Source: Pecten maximus (taxonomy: Eukaryota). Taken from it: 64,000 nucleotides of DNA. Both the position numbers and the translations under genes were made by a program. Positions 63,201 to 64,000 of this stretch are shown here, one piece after another (position 1 is the first letter of the stretch; each line of letters begins with the position of its first letter). The stretch spans positions 33,604,001 through 33,668,000 of the forward strand of contig NC_047019.1 of assembly GCF_902652985.1 (NCBI RefSeq). Reading direction: 5' to 3'. Below the pieces are notes generated by a model. That model did not search any database and was not told where the DNA came from. It worked only from the letters and a program-made list of their open reading frames with translations.

Positions 63201-63960
63201 TTATAGTTTTAGTCGTCATTTTTAGTGTGTTTATTCTGTTGACACCTATTCCTCCTGGACCTCCCGGAAAAGCCAAGGTACATATTTAAACATCACCAGG
63301 ATGCTACATTGGCTGTTACTGTCCTCCAAACGTTTGATTCTCTCTTTTTTTCTTTCAAATTGAAGGTGAATACCGTATAGCGGAGATGTTTTGCGGGCTT
63401 TAATTTGGCGATTTGTCGGGTCCATATCTAGAGAGCCAAAATGTAACCCACCAAATTTTTTACACTGCGAATTAAAATGACTTGAAAATTTCATCTTCAC
63501 TTTTGATAACGGAAAAATACGTCATTATTCAAGTGCGCTATTGACGGAAAGTACGTTACTTCTAATCATGTGATAAAAGTGGTCCAAAGGGCTTTCACTT
63601 AAGTGCGTTAACGTGTCTCAACGCATCATTCAATCCGGGCGGTTTGCTCAATCAAGTGGGATGTTATTGGGCGGGACTTACCATCAGTTCGCCATCGAAT
63701 CGCATTTATCTTAACCCGTCACGGAAAAAAAAAAAAAAAAAAAAAAATCACCCTAGCTCTCGCGCACTTGCGCCTACCACCTCCTTACGGAAAGACTGTG
63801 TAAGTAATCAAATGCAAGTACTTAAAAAGGAGAGACTAGCATATTAAAACACGACCTACATTTGATTGAGAATAGTGAAAAAAATTACGTTCTACAGTGA
63901 GTTTGCTGTATGCTAATTAATTTTGATAATTTCGTTTCAGAAACATATATATTTGATCGA
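57250..63960 (+). repeat. Old collinear non-coding duplication: about 57250-60800 vs 62280-63960
   Basis: Six ordered anchors: 57257/62285, 58618/62424, 58787/62880, 59407/63098, 60355/63537, 60478/63670. Confidence 0.8.
62496..62764. mobile_element. Small MITE present only in the second duplicate copy
   Basis: AGTAAATGGGGTTCATCGG ... CCGATGAACCGCATTACT inverted ends; absent at the matching site near 58690. Confidence 0.65.
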
Positions 63961-64000
63961 AAGGCTAAAATATCCTTGCTCTATCATATGGCAATTTAAA

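Overview
AT-rich, intron-containing animal genomic DNA. The repeat families suggest a lophotrochozoan, probably a bivalve mollusc (inference). Two complete multi-exon genes could be assembled by hand on the + strand, with GT-AG sites and consistent intron phases. Gene 1 (19849-28793, 4 exons, 397 aa) encodes a secreted His-rich protein with two F-x-x-x-x-Y-x-x-x-YPD...H-[WY]-x-x-x-G-x-x-E-x-R repeats and a large domain I recognise only from bacterial hypothetical proteins, making it a candidate intron-bearing horizontal acquisition. Gene 2 (40009-52217, 14 coding exons, 500 aa) encodes a patatin-like phospholipase resembling the bacterial ExoU/VipD-like group, with an N-myristoylation motif and two EF-hands. 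The remainder is satellites (15, 24, 26, 29, 30, 36, 40, 42, 49 and 50 bp units), MITEs/foldbacks with readable TIRs and TSDs, decayed Penelope and LINE fragments, degenerate hammerhead-like motifs, a 270-bp exact tandem duplication and an old collinear non-coding duplication (57.2-60.8 kb vs 62.2-64 kb). Nearly all long ORFs in the supplied track are satellite artefacts. All family assignments come from motif recognition, not database searches.
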